A stretch of DNA of 64,000 bases from Burkholderiaceae bacterium (GTDB lineage: Bacteria > Pseudomonadota > Gammaproteobacteria > Burkholderiales > Burkholderiaceae_C): positions 9,312 through 73,311 of the forward strand of contig JAUMCS010000060.1 in NCBI GenBank assembly GCA_032122355.1, in the 5' to 3' direction. Positions 31,563 through 40,209 of this stretch are shown here, one piece after another. The notes beneath the pieces were generated by a model. It was not told the origin of the DNA and did no database searches. It was given only the letters and a program-made list of their open reading frames with translations. Numbering within the stretch: the stretch's first letter is position 1; each line of letters starts with the position of its first letter. The translations under genes and the position numbers were made by a program.

Positions 31563-32152
31563 TGATCCTCGAACCTCAATTGCGCTTTGCCCCCGAAACG
31601 CTACTGGCCGCACAAGGCCTGTGTGCAGGCAACCACATAGGGATGCGTGCGGCCCTTTTTGATGTGGATGGTGTTCTGACAGACGGGCGATTATGGATCG
31701 GGGCAGAAGGAGAGATTTTCAAACCTTTTCATGCCTTAGATGGCCATGGCTTGAAACTGCTCAAACAAGCTCACATTGCTCCGGTTATCATCACAGGCCG
31801 TGATTCCGCCGCCGTACGCAAACGGGTGAGCGACCTGGGCATCGACCATGCATACTATGGAGTGCATGATAAAATGGCTGCTGCGCAAGGCCTACTTCAA
31901 TCGATGAATTGGGACTGGGGTGATGTAGCCGTCATGGGTGATGACTGGCCTGACCTACCCATCATGACGAAAGCGGGCTTTGCTTGTGCACCACCCCATG
32001 CGCACACTGAAGTTCGTTCACGCGCCCACTACATCACCCAAGCCCCTGCTGGACAAGGTGCAGCGCGTGAACTGTGTGATTTACTACTAATGGCTGCCGG
32101 GCGATACGCCCCACTTTTGCAAGGGCACCTCACCACCTTAGATGGAAACTGA
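31562..32152 (+). CDS. kdsC: 3-deoxy-D-manno-octulosonate 8-phosphate phosphatase
   Basis: HAD motif FDVDGVLTDG and its position between kdsD and lptC. Confidence 0.85.
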   Translation: MILEPQLRFAPETLLAAQGLCAGNHIGMRAALFDVDGVLTDGRLWIGAEGEIFKPFHALDGHGLKLLKQAHIAPVIITGRDSAAVRKRVSDLGIDHAYYGVHDKMAAAQGLLQSMNWDWGDVAVMGDDWPDLPIMTKAGFACAPPHAHTEVRSRAHYITQAPAGQGAARELCDLLLMAAGRYAPLLQGHLTTLDGN

Positions 32153-32753
32153 ACTCGACCCTATTGAAACGCTTACCCTACAACCTGTCGCGTGTTCACC
32201 GACGCGGCGAGCTAAGGCCGATCCTTGGCTAGTTCAGTTGCGCGATGGGGTGGCGCTTTATATCCCCCTCATCGTGATGGCGGCCCTTAGCGGTGTGTTA
32301 TGGTGGCTCATGCAAACGTCTACCGGCACCTCGGCCATCACGCCTACCACCCAGGCCACCACAGCGCCAGACTACTGGTTGCAGGATATTACGATGCAGC
32401 GCTATAACCCAAATGGTCAACTTCTATCCAGCTTGGAGGGCAAGCTGCTGCGCCACTTACCTGCAAACCAGCAAATCGAAATTCATCAGGTTTCATTCAA
32501 AAGCTGGCCGGCTCAAGGAGCCCCACTTTTAGGTAGCGCCCAACTCGGCCGAACAGACAGCGCAGGCCAGGACATACATTTGATAGGTGATGCCATCATC
32601 ACCCGTGCGGCCACCGACAGCCACGGAGCCATGCGCTATGAAAGCCCCACATTGCACTACAACGCCCAAAGTCAAATAGCTTCCTCTGATCGCCCCGTGC
32701 GTTTAATACTCACCGCCCCGCCAAAATCTCACTCTTTGACTCCACTACCTTAA
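32142..32753 (+). CDS. lptC: LPS export system protein LptC
   Basis: 203-aa bitopic protein in the conserved kdsC-lptC-lptA-lptB position. Confidence 0.75.
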   Translation: METELDPIETLTLQPVACSPTRRAKADPWLVQLRDGVALYIPLIVMAALSGVLWWLMQTSTGTSAITPTTQATTAPDYWLQDITMQRYNPNGQLLSSLEGKLLRHLPANQQIEIHQVSFKSWPAQGAPLLGSAQLGRTDSAGQDIHLIGDAIITRAATDSHGAMRYESPTLHYNAQSQIASSDRPVRLILTAPPKSHSLTPLP

Positions 32754-32765
32754 CCCACCCTCGTT

Positions 32766-33386
32766 ATGCGTTCAAACTTCCACCTTTTTTATGGCTTATG
32801 CCTTGCAGTGGGGCTGTTCCAGCCCTTGCATGCCGAAAAAGCCGACCGCGAAAAGCCCATGATCATTGAAGCCGACCGTTCCAGCTCAGCGGATTTGGCA
32901 CGCAAAATCGCAGTGTTTGAGGGCCGTGTTGTGATCACGCAAGGCACTCTGGTGGTTCGGGCCGATAAAGCCGAAGTGCGGGATATTGGCGATGGCTTTC
33001 ATGCTGCCACGGCCTGGGGCCAAGCCAACGAACTCGCATTCTTCCAGGAAAAACGCGACAATGTGGATGAAATCATTCAGGGTCGAGCTTTACGCATCGA
33101 ATATGATGGTCGCACCGAAGTGGCCCACTTAATGGGCAAAGCCATCTTGCAACGCTACCGAGGCAACACCTTAGCCGATGAAATCACGGGTGAGCAAATT
33201 TCATGGAATGGCAAAAGCGAATTCTTTCAGGCCCAATCAGCGACATCCCTAGGAACCGCATCCAGCGGGCGCGTACGTGCGATTCTGTCACCTCAACCCA
33301 AAACCGCATCCAGCACTACCCCCCATTCAGCCCCTATTGCACCCACTAACACGGCCTCTAAGGCCCAGAGGGCTCCGACGCCATGA
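32766..33386 (+). CDS. lptA: LPS transport periplasmic protein LptA
   Basis: Signal peptide, OstA-like beta-jellyroll pattern, conserved position. Confidence 0.8.
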   Translation: MRSNFHLFYGLCLAVGLFQPLHAEKADREKPMIIEADRSSSADLARKIAVFEGRVVITQGTLVVRADKAEVRDIGDGFHAATAWGQANELAFFQEKRDNVDEIIQGRALRIEYDGRTEVAHLMGKAILQRYRGNTLADEITGEQISWNGKSEFFQAQSATSLGTASSGRVRAILSPQPKTASSTTPHSAPIAPTNTASKAQRAPTP

Positions 33387-34156
33387 CGACTCCAACCCAA
33401 AACCCTTCCGACACAAGCAAAGGCTTGTTTGCGCAAGGCCTGGTCAAACGCTATGGCAGCCGACGCGTGGTGAATGGTGGGCATTTAAGTGTCTCTCCTG
33501 GAGAAGTGGTGGGTTTACTCGGCCCCAACGGCGCGGGCAAAACCACCACGTTTTACATGGTGGTCGGTTTGGTTCGAGCGGATGAAGGTGAAATCTCGAT
33601 AGATGGCCAACCCATACACCACAAGCCCATCCATGAGCGCTCACGCCTTGGGCTTTCTTACCTGCCACAAGAAGCCTCGATTTTTCGCAAGCTCACCGTC
33701 CAAGAAAATATTCGTGCCGTACTCGAACTTCAACGCGCACCCGATGGTAAACCCCTAGGCAAACACACCATAGACCAACGCCTTGACCAACTCCTGGCCG
33801 AATTGTCCATTGAAAAATTACGTGATGTGAGTGCGCCCGCATTATCCGGCGGTGAGCGCCGGCGCGTTGAAATTGCCCGCGCACTCGCTACACAGCCGCG
33901 CTACATACTGCTGGATGAACCCTTCGCTGGGGTTGACCCGATTGCCGTGATTGAAATTCAACGCATTATTCATTTTCTGAAAGCGCGGGGCATAGGGGTA
34001 CTGATCACCGACCACAATGTACGCGAGACCTTAGGTATTTGCGACCGTGCTTACATCATCAGCGAAGGCCGAGTGCTAGCAGAAGGTACGCCACAAGATA
34101 TCGTGGAAAACGCTGATGTGCGAAAAGTCTATCTAGGCGAACATTTCCGTATGTAG
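33383..34156 (+). CDS. lptB: LPS export ABC transporter ATP-binding protein
   Basis: Walker [10 protein letters not shown], signature LSGGERRR, Walker B ILLDEP, upstream of rpoN. Confidence 0.95.
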   Translation: MTTPTQNPSDTSKGLFAQGLVKRYGSRRVVNGGHLSVSPGEVVGLLGPNGAGKTTTFYMVVGLVRADEGEISIDGQPIHHKPIHERSRLGLSYLPQEASIFRKLTVQENIRAVLELQRAPDGKPLGKHTIDQRLDQLLAELSIEKLRDVSAPALSGGERRRVEIARALATQPRYILLDEPFAGVDPIAVIEIQRIIHFLKARGIGVLITDHNVRETLGICDRAYIISEGRVLAEGTPQDIVENADVRKVYLGEHFRM

Positions 34157-34183
34157 CCGTATCTCGGCTTCGGATTTTGTTCT

Positions 34184-35725
34184 ATGAAACCCGGACTACA
34201 ACTTCGATTCTCACAACATCTTGCACTTACCCCGCAGCTTCAGCAATCCATTCGATTACTGCAACTTTCCACGCTAGAGTTGCAGCTCGAAATCAGCCAA
34301 ATGCTGGAAACCAATCCTTTTCTTGAATTAGAAGAAGAGGATGGCTTGAATACTTTTGAAGATGCGATCGTTGCCCCCCCTGCATCAGACCTTAGCCCTG
34401 ATAGCACAGGCGCTTTAGATGCCGCTCAGGCTAATGACACCTACGATGCGGCCGATATGGATGACCTCAGTGCACCGGACTTTAGTACCGCCACTCAGGA
34501 TGATTGGGAAAATAGCAACGAGTATGATGAGTTCAATAGCAGTCGTGAGCTGCCCACTATTGTCAGCAGTGCGTCGGAAGACAACGATGATCATGATGGC
34601 TTTTCCCTCAATGCCCAGGGCATCAGCCTGAGCGAGCATTTATTTGCACAGTTGGCTGGTATGCAACTTGCACCAGAAGACCGCTTCGCACTAGAGGTAC
34701 TCATACACTCGGTGAATGAAGATGGCTATTTGGATGATTCATTAGAGGCCATTGCTCAACAACTGCTGCCATCATTACCCGAACAGAAGCCTGATACCGC
34801 TTATGAAGATTTACATCAGCGTTTGCACTTAGCCTTGCGCTGGTTGCAAAGCATGGACCCGCCTGGCGTGGGTGCGCGTAACTTGAGTGAATGTCTAGAG
34901 CTACAGCTTTTGCGCATGACGGCCAACCCCGAGAGGGATTTAGCGCTGCTAATTGCAAGATCGCATTTGGATTTATTAGCCAAACGCGATAGTAAAAAAC
35001 TCATGGCATTGACCCTGGCTGATGCACAAACCTTGCAATGGGCGCAATCACTGATACGGCAGTGTACCCCTAGGCCTGGTGAACCCTTTACACAAAATCA
35101 ACCCACTACGATCGTTCCTGATGTTTTGGTTCAACGCCATCGCCAAGGTTTTCGTGTGGTGATCAATCCTGAGGTGATGCCCCGTTTGCGTATTCAGGAT
35201 GCGTATGCCCAAGCCATACGTGGGCAGGGTCGGGGTGGTGGTTCACCTCTGGCGGGTCACCTACAAGAAGCACGTTGGTTTATTAAAAACATACAACAAC
35301 GCTTTGACACCATTTGGCGCGTCAGTTCTGCCATTGTGGAGCGGCAAAAGAACTTCTTCATTCATGGGGAAATTGCCATGAAGCCCTTGGTTTTACGTGA
35401 AATTGCCGACGAGCTTGATCTGCATGAAAGTACGATTTCACGTGTCACCACGGCCAAGTACATGGCCACACCAATGGGCACGTTTGAACTCAAATATTTT
35501 TTTGGATCAGGCCTTTCCACTGATGCCGGCAATCAGGCCTCGAGTACTGCGGTGAGGGCACTGATCAAACAACTCATTGCCGCTGAAAACACCCGCAAAC
35601 CACTATCCGATAGCAAGCTCTCAGATCTTTTATCTGACCAAGGCATACAAGTGGCGCGCCGTACCGTGGCAAAATACCGTGAGTCGCTCAAAATCGCGCC
35701 CGCCAACTTACGCAAAGCCCTTTAA
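34184..35725 (+). CDS. rpoN: RNA polymerase sigma-54 factor
   Basis: 513 aa. N-terminal LQLRFSQHLALTPQLQQSIRLLQLS, an acidic linker, and the C-terminal RpoN box ARRTVAKYR. Confidence 0.97.
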   Translation: MKPGLQLRFSQHLALTPQLQQSIRLLQLSTLELQLEISQMLETNPFLELEEEDGLNTFEDAIVAPPASDLSPDSTGALDAAQANDTYDAADMDDLSAPDFSTATQDDWENSNEYDEFNSSRELPTIVSSASEDNDDHDGFSLNAQGISLSEHLFAQLAGMQLAPEDRFALEVLIHSVNEDGYLDDSLEAIAQQLLPSLPEQKPDTAYEDLHQRLHLALRWLQSMDPPGVGARNLSECLELQLLRMTANPERDLALLIARSHLDLLAKRDSKKLMALTLADAQTLQWAQSLIRQCTPRPGEPFTQNQPTTIVPDVLVQRHRQGFRVVINPEVMPRLRIQDAYAQAIRGQGRGGGSPLAGHLQEARWFIKNIQQRFDTIWRVSSAIVERQKNFFIHGEIAMKPLVLREIADELDLHESTISRVTTAKYMATPMGTFELKYFFGSGLSTDAGNQASSTAVRALIKQLIAAENTRKPLSDSKLSDLLSDQGIQVARRTVAKYRESLKIAPANLRKAL

Positions 35726-35740
35726 GGGCACTTCCATACC

Positions 35741-37012
35741 ATGTCTGATTTTAGGGGGCTTAGCCCTGTCGATCTTTTTTTACCTTGTGCGCAAGGTGTA
35801 GAGTCTTTATTATCCCAAGAATGCGAACGCCTTTTACCGGCCCATACAATCATAGAGCCCTTGAGGGGGGGTGTACAAGTATTGCGCGCTTCTGCGCTCA
35901 CGGCATTCACCCTGAATTTGGAAAGCCGGCTCGCACAGCGGGTTTTATGGCCCGTGGCCAGCGGCCATTATCGTGATGAACACGATGTCTATGAAATTTG
36001 CTCCCAAGTTTCATGGAAGCTATGGATTACGCCTAGGCAAACCTTGCGTGTTGATACCAGTGCTTGGCGCAGCCCACTCAAAAGCCTGAATTTTGTCACT
36101 CTGCGCGTCAAGGATGCGGTATGTGACAGCTTACGCGCAGCCACCGGCGAGCGCCCCAGTGTGGATACGCGCCACCCGCATTTATCCCTTGTCTTATACT
36201 TGGGCCCCGACCACTTTACATTGTACGTAGACACCTCGGGCGAGGCCTTATTCAAACGGGGTTGGCGTGATGCCCGTGGCGGTAGTGTGGATGTCAAAGG
36301 CGAAGCCCCTCTCAAAGAAACCTTAGCTGCGGCCATGCTGGCTGCCGCCGACTGGCAGGGCCGCGCCAGTGATGGGCCTTTGCTGGATCCCTGTTGCGGC
36401 GCCGGAACCATTGCCATTGAGGCCGCCCAAATGGCCTGTGGCATGGCGCCTGGCTTGCAGCGACGCTTTGCTTTTGAAGCCTTAGCGCCCTTTGCCCCCT
36501 ATCTTCCACAATGGCGAAGCTTACTGAGTGCGGCGCAAGCCCGCGTTCATGCACCGACCGTGCCGATTTTTGCGGGCGATGTCAGCTTTCGCATGACCGA
36601 CTTTGCCCAGCGCAATGCACAACGAGCCGGCGTGGCACATGCCATTGCATTTAAAACCGCCGATGCCTTGCAACGCCCCGCCCCATCGGATGCTGGCACC
36701 ATCATGATGAACCCGCCTTATGGCGAGCGTATTGCACCCAAAGGGCGGGGGCAAAATGCAACCGAGCCGGAAAGGCTGCATGCGCCTCGTGAAAATTTTG
36801 AAACGGGTGATGCTTCGGTGTTTTATGCCGGCTTGGCCAGCCATTGGAAACGCCACTATGCCGGATGGTCGGCCTGGCTGTTAACACCTGAGGCCAAATT
36901 ACCCTCGCTCATGCGCCTCAAAGAAAGCCGAAGGGTACCCCTGCACAATGGCCCCATCGAATGCCGATTATTTCGCTTTGATATGGTGGCGGGATCAGCG
37001 AGGAAGGCATAA
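35741..37012 (+). CDS. THUMP-domain class I SAM-dependent RNA methyltransferase (RlmL-like)
   Basis: 423 aa with SAM-binding motif LLDPCCGAGTI and catalytic NPPYGERI. Confidence 0.75.
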   Translation: MSDFRGLSPVDLFLPCAQGVESLLSQECERLLPAHTIIEPLRGGVQVLRASALTAFTLNLESRLAQRVLWPVASGHYRDEHDVYEICSQVSWKLWITPRQTLRVDTSAWRSPLKSLNFVTLRVKDAVCDSLRAATGERPSVDTRHPHLSLVLYLGPDHFTLYVDTSGEALFKRGWRDARGGSVDVKGEAPLKETLAAAMLAAADWQGRASDGPLLDPCCGAGTIAIEAAQMACGMAPGLQRRFAFEALAPFAPYLPQWRSLLSAAQARVHAPTVPIFAGDVSFRMTDFAQRNAQRAGVAHAIAFKTADALQRPAPSDAGTIMMNPPYGERIAPKGRGQNATEPERLHAPRENFETGDASVFYAGLASHWKRHYAGWSAWLLTPEAKLPSLMRLKESRRVPLHNGPIECRLFRFDMVAGSARKA

Positions 37013-37068
37013 GGGGCAGGAAAGTGCTTATCCGGCATGGCTCTGCGCCCAGCGTTTGCAATTGCTCG

Positions 37069-37096
37069 ATTAATGTAGTAACATAACTACATTAAT
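37069..37096. promoter_or_regulatory. perfect 11-bp inverted repeat (ATTAATGTAGT-N6-ACTACATTAAT), likely operator of the phd-vapC module
   Basis: Read directly from the sequence. It lies about 20 bp upstream of the antitoxin start at 37117. Type II TA operons are classically autoregulated at palindromic operators. Confidence 0.5.
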
Positions 37097-37116
37097 CCAA
37101 GATACGGGGTGACTTC

Positions 37117-37371
37117 ATGACTATTACCACCATATCAAGCCGCGAGTTCAATCAAGGGGCGAGCGAGGCCAAACGCGCCACCACCAACGGGCCCGTGTTC
37201 ATCACCGATCGAGGCAAACCGGCGCATGTGCTGATGAGCTTTGCCGACTATCAGCGGTTGACAAAGCAGCGGCGCAACATTGCCGATGCGCTGGCTATGC
37301 CGGGTGTTGCCGACATTGAATTTGAGCCGCCACGTGTGAATATGGAAGTTCAACGGGCTGATTTCTCATGA
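37117..37371 (+). CDS. type II antitoxin, Phd/YefM family
   Basis: 84 aa. The N-terminus (ISSREFNQGASEAKRATTNGPVFITDRGKPAHVLMSFADYQRL) is typical of Phd/YefM. There is a 4-nt overlap with the downstream PIN toxin gene. Confidence 0.8.
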   Translation: MTITTISSREFNQGASEAKRATTNGPVFITDRGKPAHVLMSFADYQRLTKQRRNIADALAMPGVADIEFEPPRVNMEVQRADFS

Positions 37372-37808
37372 TGTTTGTTCTTGATACCAACGTGGTTTCT
37401 GAATTGCGGAAGGTACGACTTGGCAAGGCCGATTCGAATGTGACGGCATGGGCACAAAGTGTTGATGCGGCTGACCTATTTGTGTCGGTCATCACCATCA
37501 TGGAACTGGAGCTTGGCGTTGTCTCGATGGAGCGAAAAGACCCCATCCAAGGCGCCATATTGCGCTCGTGGCTTGAGCAGCAAGTATGGCCTGAGTTCTC
37601 TGGGCGCACGCTGCCCATAGATACCCCAGTGGCACAACGCTGTGCTCGGCTGCATATACCCGACAAGCGCAGCGAGCGCGATGCGCTGATTGCGGCCACC
37701 GCTCTTGTGCACGGCATGACGGTGGTCACCCGCAACGTCGCTGATTTTGAGCCCACGGGAGTGCCACTCATCAATCCGTGGGAAGTATTGCCGAACCCAT
37801 TCTTTTAG
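37368..37808 (+). CDS. vapC: type II toxin, PIN-domain VapC/FitB family
   Basis: 146 aa with N-terminal MFVLDTNVVSELRK and conserved acidic residues of PIN domains. Confidence 0.8.
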   Translation: MMFVLDTNVVSELRKVRLGKADSNVTAWAQSVDAADLFVSVITIMELELGVVSMERKDPIQGAILRSWLEQQVWPEFSGRTLPIDTPVAQRCARLHIPDKRSERDALIAATALVHGMTVVTRNVADFEPTGVPLINPWEVLPNPFF

Positions 37809-38212
37809 CCAATAATCCAATTTTCTAATTCAAGCGCTGGCACTCGCTCAAATTCTGCAACATTATTGGTGACCAATATCAGTCCTTCGCTCCTGGCGTG
37901 ACCTGCAATATGTAGGTCATTCACCCCAATGGGTTGACCCATCTTTTCAAGTGTGGCGCGGATGGCGCCGTAGTGCTGGGCGGCCTTTGCACCATAGGGC
38001 AGCACCTCAAGCCGGCTACAAAAGTCCTCGATGGCAGCCAAATTCTCATTCATGCGTTGACTTTTCTCGGCGCCATGCATCAGTTCAGCAAGGGTGATTG
38101 ACGAGATGGCCATGCGCGTGGCGTTGGCGTTGAACCGATCAAGTACCTCGCGTGGGCGCCGCTTGAGCACGTAAATGACGATATTGGTATCGAGTAAGTA
38201 GCGCAACATCAA
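37805..38212 (-). CDS. vapC: type II toxin, PIN-domain VapC
   Basis: 135 aa. N-terminal MLRYLLDTNIVIYVLK, C-terminal LVTNNVAEFERV. Confidence 0.85.
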   Translation of the reverse strand: MMLRYLLDTNIVIYVLKRRPREVLDRFNANATRMAISSITLAELMHGAEKSQRMNENLAAIEDFCSRLEVLPYGAKAAQHYGAIRATLEKMGQPIGVNDLHIAGHARSEGLILVTNNVAEFERVPALELENWIIG

Positions 38213-38442
38213 AAGGCTTCCCGCTCGGACTGCTGCTGCGAGGCACGTTCAGGCAAAAAGTCATCGCTCACCAGCGGCCCGTCCAAAAAGAAGCTGTCCC
38301 AAGTTTGGCCGATGGGAGCGATGATGCGCTCTTGACCTTTGACGCGTATATCCACCTTGCGCACACCCTCGGGGAATCGAACGTCCACTGGCAGCCGAAC
38401 AGCTTGAGTACGGTTGTTAACAAATACGGTGCTAATCGACAT
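38209..38442 (-). CDS. vapB: type II antitoxin VapB (AbrB/SpoVT-like)
   Basis: 77 aa. MSISTVFVNNRTQAVRLPVDVRF is typical of VapB. There is a 4-nt overlap with vapC. Confidence 0.8.
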   Translation of the reverse strand: MSISTVFVNNRTQAVRLPVDVRFPEGVRKVDIRVKGQERIIAPIGQTWDSFFLDGPLVSDDFLPERASQQQSEREAF

Positions 38443-38507
38443 ATTGGTCCCCTACGCTTATTTACACATATGGCAATTGTATATAGCAGCTCACAAGCAG
38501 TCAAGTC

Positions 38508-38543
38508 AATGTAGCCCCCGCTCTCACCCCGGATTGTTACTAT
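38508..38543 (+). repeat. orphan degenerate CRISPR repeat, about 1.67 kb from the array
   Basis: aatGTAGCCCCCgCTCTCACCCCGGATTGtTACtAT compared with the array consensus GTTGTAGCCCCCTCTCTCACCCCGGATTGCTACAAT. It has the same orientation, three internal mismatches and a divergent 5' trinucleotide. Confidence 0.85.
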
Positions 38544-38566
38544 GGCGTTAAACCAAAGCATGCAGG

Positions 38567-39217
38567 GTGTTTTGCTTAACAGCGCACTTTTCCGATTTGG
38601 GGTTACGCATCATCTTGACAGAACTCACCGGAAGGTTACAATTAGTGCAACTTTCCGATGAGCATTTTATGCAACCTAGCCGGCAACTCTTAGACACCAT
38701 CAGCCAGTTGGCCACCCCGCAGGCTTGCCTGTTCACGCCTTCCGATTTGCGTTCGATTCTTCCAGGGCTCTCGGACATAGCATTCAAAACTCTGATGAGT
38801 CGGGTAGCATGCGAAGGATACCTGAGCAGGCTATGTCGTGGCTTGTATTTGTTCGAAAAAGCCAATCCCGATCGTGGTTTAGTCCTGCCCCATGCCGTAT
38901 CCAAGCTGCGTCCGCTAGGCTTCAATTACTTGAGTCTTGAAACGGTTTTAAGTGATGCGGGCGTCATTTCCCAAATTCCCATCAATCGCATCATGGTCAT
39001 GTCTTCAGGAAGATCTGGCGTCATCGATTGCGGCCGATGGGGAAGCATCGAATTTGTCAAAACTCGACAAAGACCTGAGGAACTCACACGAAATATGGAG
39101 TATGACCCCATCATGCGACTTTGGCGAGCGAACGTTGCACAAGCTCTCAGAGATATGAGAACAACTCACCGAAATTTAGACCTCATTGATTGGAAGGTGC
39201 CCCATGAGTTTGTTTGA
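38567..39217 (+). CDS. abiEi: AbiEi-type antitoxin/transcriptional regulator (type IV TA)
   Basis: The wHTH-like segment LFTPSDLRSILPGLSDIAFKTLMSRVACEGYLSRLCRGLYLF resembles the AbiEi N-domain, and the gene is paired with an AbiEii gene. The start is uncertain: GTG at 38567 or ATG at 38669. Confidence 0.65.
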   Translation: MFCLTAHFSDLGLRIILTELTGRLQLVQLSDEHFMQPSRQLLDTISQLATPQACLFTPSDLRSILPGLSDIAFKTLMSRVACEGYLSRLCRGLYLFEKANPDRGLVLPHAVSKLRPLGFNYLSLETVLSDAGVISQIPINRIMVMSSGRSGVIDCGRWGSIEFVKTRQRPEELTRNMEYDPIMRLWRANVAQALRDMRTTHRNLDLIDWKVPHEFV

Positions 39218-40100
39218 TAAGCTGGTCGATGAAGCACTCAGAAACCAGCAAGCGTTGGCTCCTTTGCGGGTCGTTGTGGAAAAAGAGCTTCTGCACCATG
39301 ACATTTTGCGCGTACTCAGCAGCGCAGGTCTTCTTACCCAACTCACGTTTATCGGGGGAACTTGTCTGCGAACATGCTACGGATCAAGCCGATTAAGTGA
39401 AGATTTGGATTTTACCGGCGGATCCGACTTCACCCGCGATCAACTTGCGGTCATGAGCAACATCCTTATTGATGGACTCAAAGCCAAGTATGGACTGGAG
39501 ATCACCGTGACCGAACCCGTGCGTGAAGAAGGCAATGTCGATACTTGGAAGCTCAAAGTTCAGACCAGACCTGGGCGCAAAGAACTTCCTGCTCAACGCA
39601 TCCATATCGATGTATGCGCCATTCCCAGCTATCAACCACGCCCTATGGCGCTACTCAACCCATACGGTGTTGAAATGGGCACCAGCGGTTTGATACTTCA
39701 AGCGCAATCGAGGGAAGAAATTTTTGCCGACAAATTAATAGCCTTTGCACTCCGCCCAAACCGAATTAAAAATCGTGATCTGTGGGATATCGCCTGGCTA
39801 CACCAGCAACAAGTCAAACCAGCTATTGATCTTATCCAGAAAAAATTGAATAATCATCATGCGCAAACGGATGCATACTTGAACGCTACCGCTGCGCGTG
39901 CTGCATCCTTAACCAAGAACCCTGAAATCGCAAAGGAGTTTCGTCACGAGATGGAACGCTTTCTTCCCAACGAGACGGTGAAGGCCACCGTGCATTCAGA
40001 GCAGTTCTGGCAGTACTTGAGCAACTTGATAGAGGGTTATCATCAACAACTGATTCTGATACTTGAGGGCCGTGAGATGTCGCCAAAATTCAAGATGTAA
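39204..40100 (+). CDS. abiEii: AbiEii/AbiGii-family nucleotidyltransferase toxin (DUF1814)
   Basis: The motif LTFIGGTCLRTCYGSSRLSEDLDFTGG is typical of the family. The ATG at 39204 is preceded by GGAAGG and overlaps the abiEi end by 14 nt. Confidence 0.8.
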   Translation: MSLFDKLVDEALRNQQALAPLRVVVEKELLHHDILRVLSSAGLLTQLTFIGGTCLRTCYGSSRLSEDLDFTGGSDFTRDQLAVMSNILIDGLKAKYGLEITVTEPVREEGNVDTWKLKVQTRPGRKELPAQRIHIDVCAIPSYQPRPMALLNPYGVEMGTSGLILQAQSREEIFADKLIAFALRPNRIKNRDLWDIAWLHQQQVKPAIDLIQKKLNNHHAQTDAYLNATAARAASLTKNPEIAKEFRHEMERFLPNETVKATVHSEQFWQYLSNLIEGYHQQLILILEGREMSPKFKM

Positions 40101-40209
40101 TCCATACTTTTTAGGCAAGCCCTGCAGCGCATCAGCTATGCAGGCTCGCTTAACACCACCAGACAAACAATTAAATTCACTACAAATTCGGCATTTCTAA
40201 ATTGCGGCT

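Noticed and set aside
38268-38925. Minus-strand ORFs 38,268-38,561 and 38,548-38,925 across the orphan repeat and abiEi
   Set aside because: They overlap vapB, the orphan repeat and the abiEi gene, and have no family resemblance. abiEi/abiEii on the + strand explain the region better.
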